Source: Utricularia gibba (taxonomy: Eukaryota; Plantae; Magnoliophyta). Taken from it: a stretch of 64,000 nucleotides of DNA. Below are positions 52,258 through 64,000 of this stretch, one piece after another. Both the position numbers and the translations under genes were made by a program. The stretch lies in assembly GCA_002189035.1 (NCBI GenBank), contig NEEC01000015.1, forward strand, positions 124,001 through 188,000. The letters run 5' to 3'. Positions within the stretch are counted from its first letter, which is position 1, and every line of letters starts with the position of its first letter. Below the pieces are notes generated by a model. It did no database searches. It saw only the letters and a program-made list of their open reading frames with translations, and was not told where the DNA came from.

Positions 52258-54954
52258 ATGGGTTCAAATAAGAGAGGGAGGCTCGACTCGTTGATGTCGT
52301 GGAGTCGGCTTCGATCGATTCAAGTGTTGACTGCCCTGCTGATTTTGTATATTGTTTTCGTCGGTTTTGAGATTCCCCTGGTAATAAGGGGCGGGTTTGC
52401 AACTGAATCACCCGAGGTGGAGCAGTCTTTGTCTTTGAATTCCCATCCGATTGTGGTGCCCAACAATGATAGTCAGTTCTCAAAGGAGAAAGTGACGCCC
52501 GTGGCTCCGGTGAAGGATTGGAAAATCGGAGAGTTTACGAACATTTCAGGTCTTGTGTTTGACATCGACGCCCTTAATAACATTAGCAATGACGAGTTTT
52601 CAGAGATGCATAGGGTTGCTAGGGGTGCTTTTGAACTCGGAAAGAAGGTATGGGATGATTTGGCGTCGGGGAAAATGGTTAATCATTCAGAGAAGATGAA
52701 ACCTGAGAGAGTACTGGAGAAATGTGCAAGTTCTGTGGTATTTTCTGGGGATGTATTTGTGAAGAAAGGAAATATGATGGAGATACCTTGTGGGATGTCC
52801 TTGGGTTCTCATATAACCGTTGTGGGAAGACCTCGGCCAACTGGAAGTGGAGTGGGCTCTGAGGAATCACAATTTATGATTGAACTTCGAGGTTTGAAGG
52901 TTGTGGATGGTGAAGAACCACCAAAGATACTGCATTTCAATCCCAGGTTAAAAGGGGATTGGAGTGGGCGTCCTGTGATTGAGCTAAATACTTGTTATAG
53001 AATGCATTGGGGAATTTCTCAGCGGTGTGAAGGATGGAAATCCAGAGCAGATGAAGAAACTGGTATCGTACTTTGTAGTTTTGTCCTAATTAATCCTAAT
53101 AGCCTTTCTTTGCATGCTTTTTCACGGCATTACTTATAGTACTAGAAAAAAGTGAGGGATACTACTTCAGTCTGGTTTTCCGATTTACATCCTCGGCTCT
53201 TTTAGATTTCTCCTGAATATTTAGCATACCAACACATGTTCCTTGTGGGATTAGTTGATAGGTCTTTCCGGTAGCCTGCGTGTTTTAAATTTTATGTGGT
53301 AACCTTATCTGGAAAATCACTTGTGTACTTCACGGTTAATTGGATTTAGTAGATTGTTCATAAACTCATGTTCTGAGAAAAAAGTAGATTGTGTCTCCTG
53401 TGTGATTAAAAAAATTGTGTTTTTATTTTGTTTGCATGAAGTTGATGGAAAGGTGAAATGTGAGAAATGGATCAGAGATGACACCGGTTCTGAGGAAATA
53501 AAGATCAGCTGGTGGCTGAAAAGGCTAATTGGAAGGACAAAGACGGTTATTGTTGATTGGCCTTTTCCTTTCGCAGAAAACAAACTCTTTGTTCTCACAG
53601 TTACTGCTGGTTTAGAAGGATATCACATCAATGTAGACGGCAGACATGTATCCTCATTTCCATATCGCCCTGTGAGCGCTAAATGCTACTCTCTTATTGT
53701 CTGTGGCCACAATTTCAAATGTCCTATTCACATAAGTAAGTTCATGTTTCTTGACAGGGTTTTACTCTTGAGGATGCCACTGGACTATTTATAGATGGGG
53801 ATGTTGACATTGATTCTATAGTTGCAGCCTCTTTGCCGACTGTGCATCCAGTCACAGCTCCAAGGAGGCATCTTGATCTATCCCCAGAATGGAAAGCCCC
53901 TAGCAATCGGATCTCCCCTGTGGATCTCTTCATTGGGGTTCTATCTGCTGGAAATCACTTTGCTGAAAGGATGGCCGTGAGAAAATCATGGATGCAGTAT
54001 AATGCATTGAAATCTGGAAACATCGTTGCTCGTTTTTTTGTAGCACTGGTTAGATTATTTTTTTGCTCCGAAGACATCTCCCCGATTCCTTTCACATCAG
54101 ATATCCCTGACCAAATTCATCATTTTTGATAGCACAACAGACAGGAAGTGAATATTGAGCTCATTAAAGAAGCGCAGTATTTCGGGGATATTGTAATTGT
54201 GCCATACCTTGATCATTATGACCTTGTTGTGCTGAAGACGGTTGCAATCTGTGAGTATGGGGTGAGTATTTTTTGCTACTTAGGTTCTTCATATACCCCT
54301 GGTTTCAGATATTTAACTGTTTTCAGGTGCGCCAAGTCGAGTCGAAGTATATCATGAAGTGTGACGATGACACCTTTATAAGAGCAGATGCTGTGATGAT
54401 GGAAATCAACAAGATTCAAAGTGGCAAAAGTTTCTACATCGGAAACATCAATTACTATCACAAGCCTCTAAGGCATGGCAAATGGGCAGTCAGCTATGAG
54501 GTCAGTCTGCTTAATGTTTCTTGCGAGCAATGCAGTCGCTTGTTCACCGTCTGCATCTCCAGGAATGGCCAGAGGAATCATATCCACCTTATGCAAATGG
54601 GCCTGGTTATATCATATCATCAGATGTATCCGCTTACATTGTAGCGGAGTTTGAGAAGCATAAACTAAGAGTAAGGGAGCCTAAGTTACCTGTTAGAGAA
54701 ATGGATTCGCAGATGATAAATGGGTACTGTTGTTTATCTTGACTCAGCTGTTCAAGATGGAGGACGTCAGCATGGGAATGTGGGTAGAGAAATTCAACGA
54801 ATCATGGCATGTCGATTATGTTCATAGCTTGAAGTTCTGCCAGTTCGGATGCATCGAAGGCTACTACACGGCGCATTACCAGTCACCTCGACAGATGAGA
54901 TGCTTGTGGGAGAAACTGCGACTTCTTGGAAAGCCCAGATGCTGTAATATGTGA
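52258..54954 (+). CDS. GALT: Hydroxyproline O-galactosyltransferase (GT31 with galectin domain; GALT2/4/5/6 group), 7 exons
   Basis: Exons 52258-53062, 53442-53671, 53758-54048, 54133-54261, 54327-54500, 54563-54670 and 54748-54954. Type II TM anchor, galectin domain ([14 protein letters not shown]), [42 protein letters not shown]. Confidence 0.95.
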
Positions 54955-55158
54955 TGAGTCGGTTAAATAGATTTGTACATGCTTTAGCTTCGAGTAGCGT
55001 TTTGGTTTCACACTCATTCTTTTACTTGGTCACCATGTTTCTCCTACTCCGCCTCAGCAGAGCTGTGATTTAAGCCTTGCAGGACCGTGCTTAACAACTA
55101 CTGATTACCCCACACAAATAATTTGTTTCTTCTGAAGTACACACATTTGGCTGTAAAC

Positions 55159-57157
55159 TCATGGAGGTAGGGGTACAAATACAGTCTTAGTCCGTAATAA
55201 CAAGGAAAAACCGCTGCCACAGTACACTTGGGAACAAAAGAGCCCCCTTTCTGAGATGCACTGTGCAAATGTTAGTGCTTGAGGAACAGTTTGATCATTT
55301 GTATCGCCTAAGCCAAGCTGTCCATGTTCTCCCCAGCCCCATGTCATGACCGATCCGTCGCCTGTGAAATCGGTAACCGCAGTTAAGCAAGAGCTGAGCC
55401 AAGCCAAGTTTGATGATTACAAAAAGTAAAAGTTGGGAAGGTTTCCTGCCTGTGACCAACGCCGAGTGCTCTGCGCCGGCAGCAATCTGCTCTACTCGTG
55501 CTTCAGAAGGACAGGGCACAACTCGCAGAACCCCGTTCTCTGGTTCTCCTATGTGCTTATCAACATCAAATGCAATAGATTGATGATGTCAGTGAATAAA
55601 GCTGGATTAGAATCTGATCGAACCAGATGAGTCACGTGCCATGGATGTTTTCAGGGGATCACTAAGCTCTCCATGGCGATTTCCACCCAACATGAAAAGT
55701 TTTCTTTCTTCTGCGAAGTAATAGAGGAGCCATTATTTCTTCTAGAATTTGCAAGCTACAATTTTGTAGCTACCGTATGCTCACAAAATCAGCAATAAGC
55801 AATCTTTAAGTTGGGAATGTCTGTCTGTAGACTCGATGGGACAGCGACAAACCTGAAAGCAGTAAAGCATGGTTCCACCCTAGAGCAACATCATGGAAAG
55901 ACAAGCATACATCTAATGCTCGAGGTATGTATGCATCAGGAGCCGAGCCAAAACCTCTTCCCCATGTATACAACTTTCCATCAGCTTGTTCAAAAACAAA
56001 TGAAAAGACACCGGAATCAGATGTTGGGAAAAAAGGTCATCTGCCTTCATCCAATATTTTCAAGCCAATCATGTAGCAACTGACCTGATAAGGCTGCACT
56101 GTGATCAGCATTAGCGAAAATATTGGTTATTTTAAGACCCTCCAACCCCAAGGTCATCCGAGGAATGCTGGTTGATTCCATTTTGGTGTTAGCAATGCCG
56201 AGTTGACCACGCCGTCCGGCTCCAAATGCATACACCTGATTTTCTGCATTTCCCGCAACATGTGACAGTGACATTTAAGCATAAGAATACAACAATCAAA
56301 GAAGAACAGTGAGCTATAAACGATGAGGCATAAGGAGAAGTAATGGATGGATTTCAGTAGAAGGAAATCATAGATTGTGGAAAGGTTTTGTTCTCGTCCA
56401 TTAACTAATCAAAATTCAATCATCTGATTTCGGGTGTTCGTAGTTGGAAAAGGGATCATAGTTTGGACTTGAGGTTCCATGAAAATTACCTCCGACCAAC
56501 ACCAACGTGTGACGCATTCCACAAGCAACTTTTTTGACATCGTAACCGCTAAAGAAGGAAACTTCAAGAGGAATACATAGGGAATTGTGGTTGCCATGTC
56601 CAAGTTTACCAAACGAGCCATCTCCGCAGGTAAAAAAGCGAGAATTCTCTGAAAGAAAACCAATCCAAATTTCATTTCAACACAGAAGAAATCTTTTAAA
56701 TAAATGTGCAACCTGAAACAAATCCAGAATGATTCCATCCAGCAGAAACATGAACAATCACAAAGCTTTGTAATGGCTTCACGACTTTGGGACTTAAATT
56801 GTTAACCATCTCTCCATGGCCGAGTTGCCCGGAGTTACCTCTTCCCCAGGCCAGCACTTGCCCATCTGCAGCAAAAATAAATAACGATTAAAGAATTTTA
56901 GCAGCAGTGCCTAGATCAGCCAGTGCACCTTGGCAGAGAGCGATGACATGCGCACCACCGCAGGATACATAAGTGATAGGCGGAAGGCTTCTGAGCGAGC
57001 GGAGTAATTGTGGACAGAGCTCATCCTGAAGCTTCTCCGTCCCCAGTTGTCCATCGGTTCCGGCGCCCCAGGTCCATACTTGTTGTTCAATGTGTGTTTC
57101 TTCAATTGGTTCCTCCGAAGCATTGGGTATTGTTCGCGGGGACAAATTCTCCTCCAT
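55159..57157 (-). CDS. RCC1-repeat (UVR8-like fold) protein, 8 exons
   Basis: Repeated RCC1 blades (VWTWGAGTDGQLG, VLAWGRGNSGQLGHG, FTCGDGSFGKLGHG, VYAFGAGRRGQLG, VMTWGWGEHGQLGLG) splice in phase 1. The last intron (55449-55362) needs a GC donor. Confidence 0.92.
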
Positions 57158-58141
57158 TACCTCATTCTTGCATTTAGACTAGGTTTTCCACCATCGACAA
57201 AACGAAACGAAGAGGGAATACTCATCAGAACCCATAGCATCAAACTGAATCCATTTCCTAAAAAAGATTACAGAACTTGAAGCAAACAATATTCATAAGT
57301 CCGCTGTTCTTTTCCACCCATAAAAAAAAAAAAAAAAAGCTTTGAACGTGGCCACGCACGCATTCCCCACTGCAAAAACAGGGCAGGATATGAGAGTTTT
57401 TTTAGAAAAATGCCCACTGCACAAAATCAACATTAAAAATCTATCCATCTCAGCACCACTTTTACAAAAATATCCATCCTTGATTTCTTTAATAAAATTA
57501 CATAGCACACATAAACATTTGTATTTTTTTATATTTTAATAACAGTTGTGGTTCATTTATATTTTAAAATTACTATAGGATAAAATCAGTATGATTCAAT
57601 TTTATTTTTATGAATTTATAAAATTATGTTAAATATATTTTAAAACTAGTTATATGATTTAAAATTAGGTTTCTTATAATATAATAAACTAGGCTGATAA
57701 CAAAATCCAAAACTAGCATTATCATAAATACTTTATTTGTATTTATTTATTTTTAAATAGCTCATATTTTATTATTAAACATGAATTTTTATTTTTTAAA
57801 AAAATAAAAATATAAAGTAGTAATTATTTTTTAAAAAATTAAAGATTCAACTTATATTTTATAAGAAGTAAATTTTGAAAGCATCATACAGCACGCTGTG
57901 TCTGTGACTTAGGGTAATGAATGTACGAGCTATTAATTACGGAATACTAATATTGGTTGCCAAGAAAAACAAACACCTAATAACTACAAAACATCTAAAG
58001 GGTCAATGTAATCCCACTTTATGGAACTAGGGTCTAAAATGCGCACCCGTTTTTGACTTTGTTTCCGATGTCACACGTCAAGTAGCTACTCTTTGTCACT
58101 AAGACATTGAGAGGAGCTCGCGCGCTCAGAAGAAAGCTAAT

Positions 58142-60018
58142 ATGGCTGCCGGTGAAGGAGAACATATCGTCCGCAACTCCCTCGACGTCTCCGGCCCCAA
58201 AACCGGGGAGCCTGGAGCAATATTCGTCCTCAAGTCCCAAGGTATTTCCGGACTAGTCGTCTGTGTGTTTTAGTTCCTTAGTTGAAACCAGATGTGAGTG
58301 AGCGTGTGTGCGCTAGGATCATGGTGGCACTGCGGCTACCATATGACCACAGCCATAGTGGCGCCGGTGCTATTGACCCTGCCCTATGCCTTTGCTCTCC
58401 TGGGTTGGATCGGAGGGGCTCTCTGTTTGTCCCTTGGGGGGATCGTCACCTTCTATTCCTACAACCTGTTGTCCATTGTTTTGGAGCACTTCGCCAAACT
58501 GGGTCTCCGGCAATTACGTTTTCGCGACATGGCCGTCGATATTCTAGGTGACCATATCACTACCTTTTTTTTCTTGTTTGAGTGCTATAATAACATGGCT
58601 GCGGTTATAGGACCGGGATGGGGCAGATACTTGGTGAGTCCGCTCCAATTGGTGATTTGCTGCGGCGCAGTTATTTCACTTATACTTCTCAATGGTCAGA
58701 GCTTGAAGGTTTTTCCGATCGAAGAGCTGTTCCCTCTTTTTATGCTTCCTCCCGAGCCAAATGCGTGTGCTGGGGGATGGTTTCTTCTGTAGGGTTATGT
58801 ATGGCTAACACCAATTTGGCCACGTGCAGTATATATACGTGATGTTTTCATCACATTGGCGCATGGAACTCCACCATTTCATCATAATCTCTGGAGCATT
58901 TACGATGGTCATGGCTCAGATGCCTTCGTTTCACTCGCTAAGACACATCAATCTTGTTTCTCTTATGCTGTGCATAGCCTACAGTGCTTGTGCCACCATT
59001 GGTGCTGTCTACATAGGTACCCCATCTCCTCCAAACCTCTTACTTGCAGAAAGCAAGGTACCCCCCACCTTCTCATGATACACTGTGAAGGTTACACGAG
59101 GAATGCTCCGATGAAGGATTACTCGATCCCGGGGACCGGCGTAGGGCGTGTGTTCGGCTTCTTCAATGCGTTTTCGCTCATTGCTACAACTTACGGCAAT
59201 GGGATGATTCCAGAAATCCAGGTGAATCATCTGTCATTGTTTTTCTTTTTTTCCAGGTGCACCGGAAATTTCAGGAACTTAAAAATCAACCTTCATATTT
59301 CTTGACTGGTTTGGGTAGGCAACAATAGCGCCGCCGGTTACGGGAAAAATGCTGAAGGGGCTGCTGCTGTGCTATTCTGTGGTGATCTCGACGTTCTTCA
59401 GTGTCGCTATTTCTGGGTATTGGGCATTTGGTAACCAGTCTCAGGCGTCATCGATCCTTGCGAATTTCATCGACAGGGGAACGCCATTGCTGCCTCGGTG
59501 GTTCCTCCTCCTCATCAACGTTTTCACGCTTGCGCAGACATCAGCGTGCTGTCTAGTAAGCATACATCTCTTTTTTCGTGGGTGGGCAGTCGATCATCTG
59601 CTCTTGCTGTTTACTTGACTTGCTCTGATTTGGTAAGGTGTATCTTCAACCCATCAACGTGGTATTGGAAAACCTATTTTCCGATCCAAAGAAGGATGGC
59701 TTCTCGAGTCGAAACACTGTTCCCCGATTGCTCTCCCGGTCGTTGGCCGTCGCTGTCGCCACCCTACTAGCAGCGATGCTTCCGTTCTTCGGCGACATCC
59801 AGGCGTTGATCGGAGCATTTGGTATAATTCCGCTAGACTTCATTTTGCCGATGGTTTTCTACAATGTTACTTTCAAAGATTCGCGAAGAGGGCTTGTGTA
59901 TTGGGTTAATGTCATCATCGGCGTGGGCTCCGCTGCGCTAGCCGCCATCGGCGCCGTCGCGTCTGTGCGTCAGCTGGTTCTGGATTCGGGAAAGTACCGA
60001 TTGTTCGCTAATCTGTAA
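58142..60018 (+). CDS. GAT1: GABA transporter 1-like amino-acid permease (ProT/GAT family), 7 exons
   Basis: GAIFVLKSQ|GSWWHCGYHMTTAIVAPVLLTLPYAF, QMPSFHSLRHINLVSL, TTYGNGMIPEIQ|ATIAPPVTGKMLKGL, LPFFGDIQALIGAFGIIPLDFILP. Confidence 0.92.
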
Positions 60019-61741
60019 CATCGGCCATTTGGGCCTGGTCCATAGTAAATTGGGCTGAATATACAGCCCTAAAAGATCAAGCCCAATTCAAAATCAACCA
60101 AACATAGTAAACCTTTTTTCCCACCTATTTTTTGTTTCTTTTTTCCGAATTTCAGATTACAATTTTTTGTTACATTTTTCAATAGTTTCAGATATTTATA
60201 TTCAAAAATTTATAATTTTTACCGAAATTTATAATTTACTGAACATATATTTACATTTAAAATAAAAAAAATTACAGTGGTTAAATTTATAAAAGTCCTT
60301 TTTAAGAGGAGTAGAATTGTGAGTGAAAGGCACAAGCACCAAAAGGCTCCCACGCTTGGTTGCTGGGGTCCCATTGCACACATCACTGTCAATCACTTGA
60401 AAAGGTGTGGCAGAATTCACATCACCAAACCCCAGATCTCCCAATTCCATCAATTCCCCACTTGCCATTCACCGAACGACACAGAAAACAATAAATTCCA
60501 CCCCCTCCCCCTCCCCAGTCATCACTTATCAGAGACGAGAAATGGGTGGGCTGGGTGTCTGTCACTCGCCTCTTCTCAACCGCAATCCCCGGTCGCTGTC
60601 CACACTCGACTCCAAACCCTTAGGGCCTTGAGCCCTGGAGTGGGCCAGGCCCAGAAGGGACGGGCCCAGCCACCGCACACGTGGAGTAGCTGTGGCCGTG
60701 GATGGACCACAATCTGACCACCTCTGTCGCCACCCTACCTAAAAGGCTCCGGGTTCGGCGCCGTGCATTTCACTGGGGCAGTAAAATTTATAAATATTTC
60801 CTGCATATTATATGTTGATATTTTCTATTTTCTTATTGGTTGCTGTGTTGACGAATGGGCGTGGATGAGCAGCAGGTGTCAGGATTGGCTAGTTTAATAT
60901 TTTTGTCCTTTTCATTTAACAGTTACATGTTTTTTTTTCCTCATTTTGATAACAACCCACCCAACCAAAATTAGAAAAGCCTAATCCCAAATTAAGCCCA
61001 CTAAATTATTCCTGTTATAATTTATGACCAATTTCCCAATCATTTTATTTGGTTCTTTCTACTTTTCACTATTTTAATTTCTAAATTAATTTCGCTTTTT
61101 CTGATTAAAAACTCAATATATAATATCATGTTCGCTGAAATTTTTTAAAAAAAAGAGAGGAAAAAAAGGCCTTTTCTTGACTTTTGCGGGCTTAGTGTCC
61201 CCCATCTTTCCTTCTTTTGTAGGGTAGATTCCTTTTCGATTTCACATTCAGACAGGAGCACAATTAAAAAAATATGTGTGCAGACATATTAATGTAGCGA
61301 AAGAAGATGACGTCACGGCAGTTTAAAAACCTTTCTCGGTTAATGCTAACATGCGATTTCGAGCCCATAAAGAAACATAGATTTTTTTTTTTTTCGTCTG
61401 TCGGAGAGAAATTACAATACCAGGGTTTGGGTTTAGAGACAAGCGTGGATTTGTTAGGCTGGGAAGAATCAAGAAAAACGACACGCTGGGGTCATTGGTG
61501 AAGGAAAAACACGACTTTCTATTTCTACTTACAGCGGATTCCGGGATAAGCGCGACTTTCTCTAATAACGACAAACTACAGAAGCCAGTCATCGCGAGTT
61601 TTTACCGTGTGCAGCATTCATGATGATGATGAGGGGCCATTGCAAAAGCAATGAAGCACGGACTCTGGTACCGTGAAGAAAGGATTTTTCACCGATTATT
61701 CTTACGATTTACGTACAATAAGGGGGTGAAAATGAAGATCG

Positions 61742-62695
61742 TTAGTGCCAGAACCATGTGCCCTGATTCTGAACTGGGAATCCAAGGTTACAGCAATTCG
61801 GCTGGAGATCATCGTGCGATTCGAACTCCAGTTTCGGACAGAAGGGATGATGCAGCAGAATGTTACATGGGGTGTTTTCCTCTTCTTCTTGCGAGTACTC
61901 GGAGTCGGGGCAATGCATGCTGTCTGAATCCAGAACATCGGAGCTCGCGGCGGCCGGAGTGACCGCCTCGGCCGCTTTCTCGGGCGGGAAAATTTGATCG
62001 GACTTCTCTTCCTTCGTCTCCTCTTGCTGCCCCCCGCAGATTTTCTCAGTTAGGACCCTAATCTGTTGCCAGAAACATTGCAATTTACAACAAGGGAGAT
62101 AAGAGAGGGATGAGTTTGAATCTGCGTTACCTCGTTGCTCATTTCCTCGTTCTCTTTGAAAAGCTTGACGTAATCCGCTTTTAATTTCTCATAACTTGCT
62201 TTCAAGCAAGTGTAATCTTTCTCCAGAAGCTTGGTTTTGTATCTTGCCCTTCTATTCTGAAACCAGATAGCAATTTGTCTTGGCTGTAAACCAACTTCTT
62301 TGGCAATCTGGGCTTTTCTCTCTGGCTCAAGCTTATTCTCCAACTCAAATGTTTTCTCAAGAAACTGAACTTGCTCAGGTTTCAAACGCCGTTTCTTCGG
62401 CAAACAACCGCCGTCCAACTCCTCACAGGAATTCTCCGTTTTATCAGCATCCCCTAGTTCCACATTTCCCAATGTTAGCACAAATTTCTTCAAATAGGAT
62501 ACAAAAACCCATAAACAAGAAGCTACAAACAAAAAAAACGATAAGAAAGAAGAAACATCTGTTTTTTTTTTTTTTTTTTTTTTTTTTACCTTGAACAGAG
62601 GAAACCCAAACAGGGGGGTCACAAGGAGCGTTCTCAGTCTTGATGAAAACCTTTTCAGAGGCAGAGCAATCTTGAACCTCGTTGCTGCTTTCCAT
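61742..62695 (-). CDS. HD-Zip class I transcription factor (HAT5/ATHB-like), 3 exons
   Basis: Exon 1 62695-62590; exon 2 about 62522-62131 (acceptor uncertain); exon 3 62062-61742. Homeodomain [28 protein letters not shown]...[13 protein letters not shown], leucine zipper, aromatic C-terminus WFWH*. Confidence 0.92.
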
Positions 62696-64000
62696 TGACT
62701 TCCCAGTAAGAAAAAAACACAGAAAGATCGGAACTTTACTGAGAGAAAATGATCAGATGACGTGGATGAAGTGAACCGAGTTAGAGCATTAGGGAAATGT
62801 AACAGTCTTCGCCGTAGCTGCGCAGCAGCACACTCATCAGTCGGCAGATGGGGAAAAAGTAGATAGTTTTTCCTTAGAGAAAAAAAAAATTAGGCGTCGA
62901 AATAACAAGAGTGGGGATGAAGATGAGAAGAGAGAGATTGTGTGAAGGTGAAGCAGGAAGAGCTGGGATGACGCTTGCAGCAGAATATAACAGAGTAGCT
63001 CGTTTCTTGCGGGAAAGAAACTCGTCATGTGAAATGACCGTCGAGCCCCCCCGGGCCAGCACCATGCACGGGCATTTGAAAAATATCCCCAAAAATAAAC
63101 TCATCCCCACCTTAAACAAGGTAACGCAATACGAACAAGATAGAGTCAAAAATATCATTTTTATGTCGCATTCAAACATGTAGAATTGATTATTGAAATT
63201 AAAGATACATCGATGGATCCAATGAATATACATGATACAAGTATATAATAAACATTGATTATATTAGAAACGAATTTTTTTTCTAATATAATTTTTTCTA
63301 GTTATTTATAATTCTGTATAAAATTATTTGTTTTAATACGCACAAAACGAATTTGCGGGTGTGGTGCTTTCCTTCATCCCAAACATCTAAAGAGAGAGTG
63401 TGTCTGGTCTGTATGTGAGGATGATGGAAGGGCATAAATGGGAAAGGGAGGGAAAGGAAATAAGAAGCGACAAGTGGGAGGAAAACAAGGGAGGGCTCGA
63501 AGCCGTCCAATCAGTCGCCATCACGCTGCCAGCTCTGCGCCCCCCTCCACTAACTCTCACGAACCCAAACCCAGCAATCAGACAGACCTTAACAACATCA
63601 TCTAATTTTAACATGAAAAAAAAAAAGGAAGCAAGGCCAAGAAAAAGCAAATGAATCTGTATTTGTGGGTCAGACAGAACGAGGGAAGTGCATGCGATGC
63701 GACTCAAGCGGCTGGCGCCTCAGCTCATCTCATCTCCCTCGGTACTTGTAGCCAATGAATTTATTCTGCATTGGGCTGGCCCACTTTCCGTTTGATAGGT
63801 CGCTGTTTTGGGCCAATGCCCGATTTCCTTCACATGCCATGCCCTGTCCCCATCACTTGGAATTGCCTCCCCGATGGAGATGTTTTGTGCCTCTGCTTTT
63901 CAAATTCATAATTTAATTTTTAAAAAATACCTTTGAATGAGAAAAATCAAATGGACCGTATGAATGAATTACATAAAGCTGTTACTGGATGCAGATAGGA

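Noticed and set aside
52258-54954. Idea that the Hyp-galactosyltransferase forms a functional cluster with the Pro-rich peptide array
   Set aside because: It lies about 28 kb away with many unrelated genes in between. Contiguous prolines are expected to be arabinosylated rather than galactosylated (Hyp contiguity rule). Nothing beyond proximity supports a link.

Overview
Gene-dense, intron-containing flowering-plant (eudicot) genomic DNA with short introns (mostly 60-150 nt); the species cannot be identified from the window. Recognisable genes in order: ARF1 GTPase, galactinol synthase, BURP/PG1-beta-like protein (two 1-nt frameshifts in G runs), chloroplast Pi transporter PHT2;1, ESR/DORNROSCHEN-type AP2/ERF, a DUF761-motif small protein, XERICO-like RING-H2, WAT1/UMAMIT transporter, cyclin D1, TORTIFOLIA1-like, Hyp-O-galactosyltransferase (GT31 + galectin), an RCC1-repeat protein, GABA transporter GAT1-like and an HD-Zip I factor. 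The most unusual part is 14.1-24.5 kb: a minus-strand tandem array of tiny secreted proline-rich peptide genes that the ORF track misses because they are split into micro-exons. One subfamily has three exons (signal peptide / Pro run / 11-nt 'GYP*' or 'VHP*' exon). A second has two exons and a shared LYxRK..FPFxFSK motif. The array also holds an internally deleted copy and a probable solo LTR. A diverged pair of apparently non-coding spliced loci lies at about 5.2-6.4 kb and 36.2-37.4 kb. Several apparent frameshifts sit in G/C homopolymers and may be assembly errors. All exon models were read by hand and no database searches were run.
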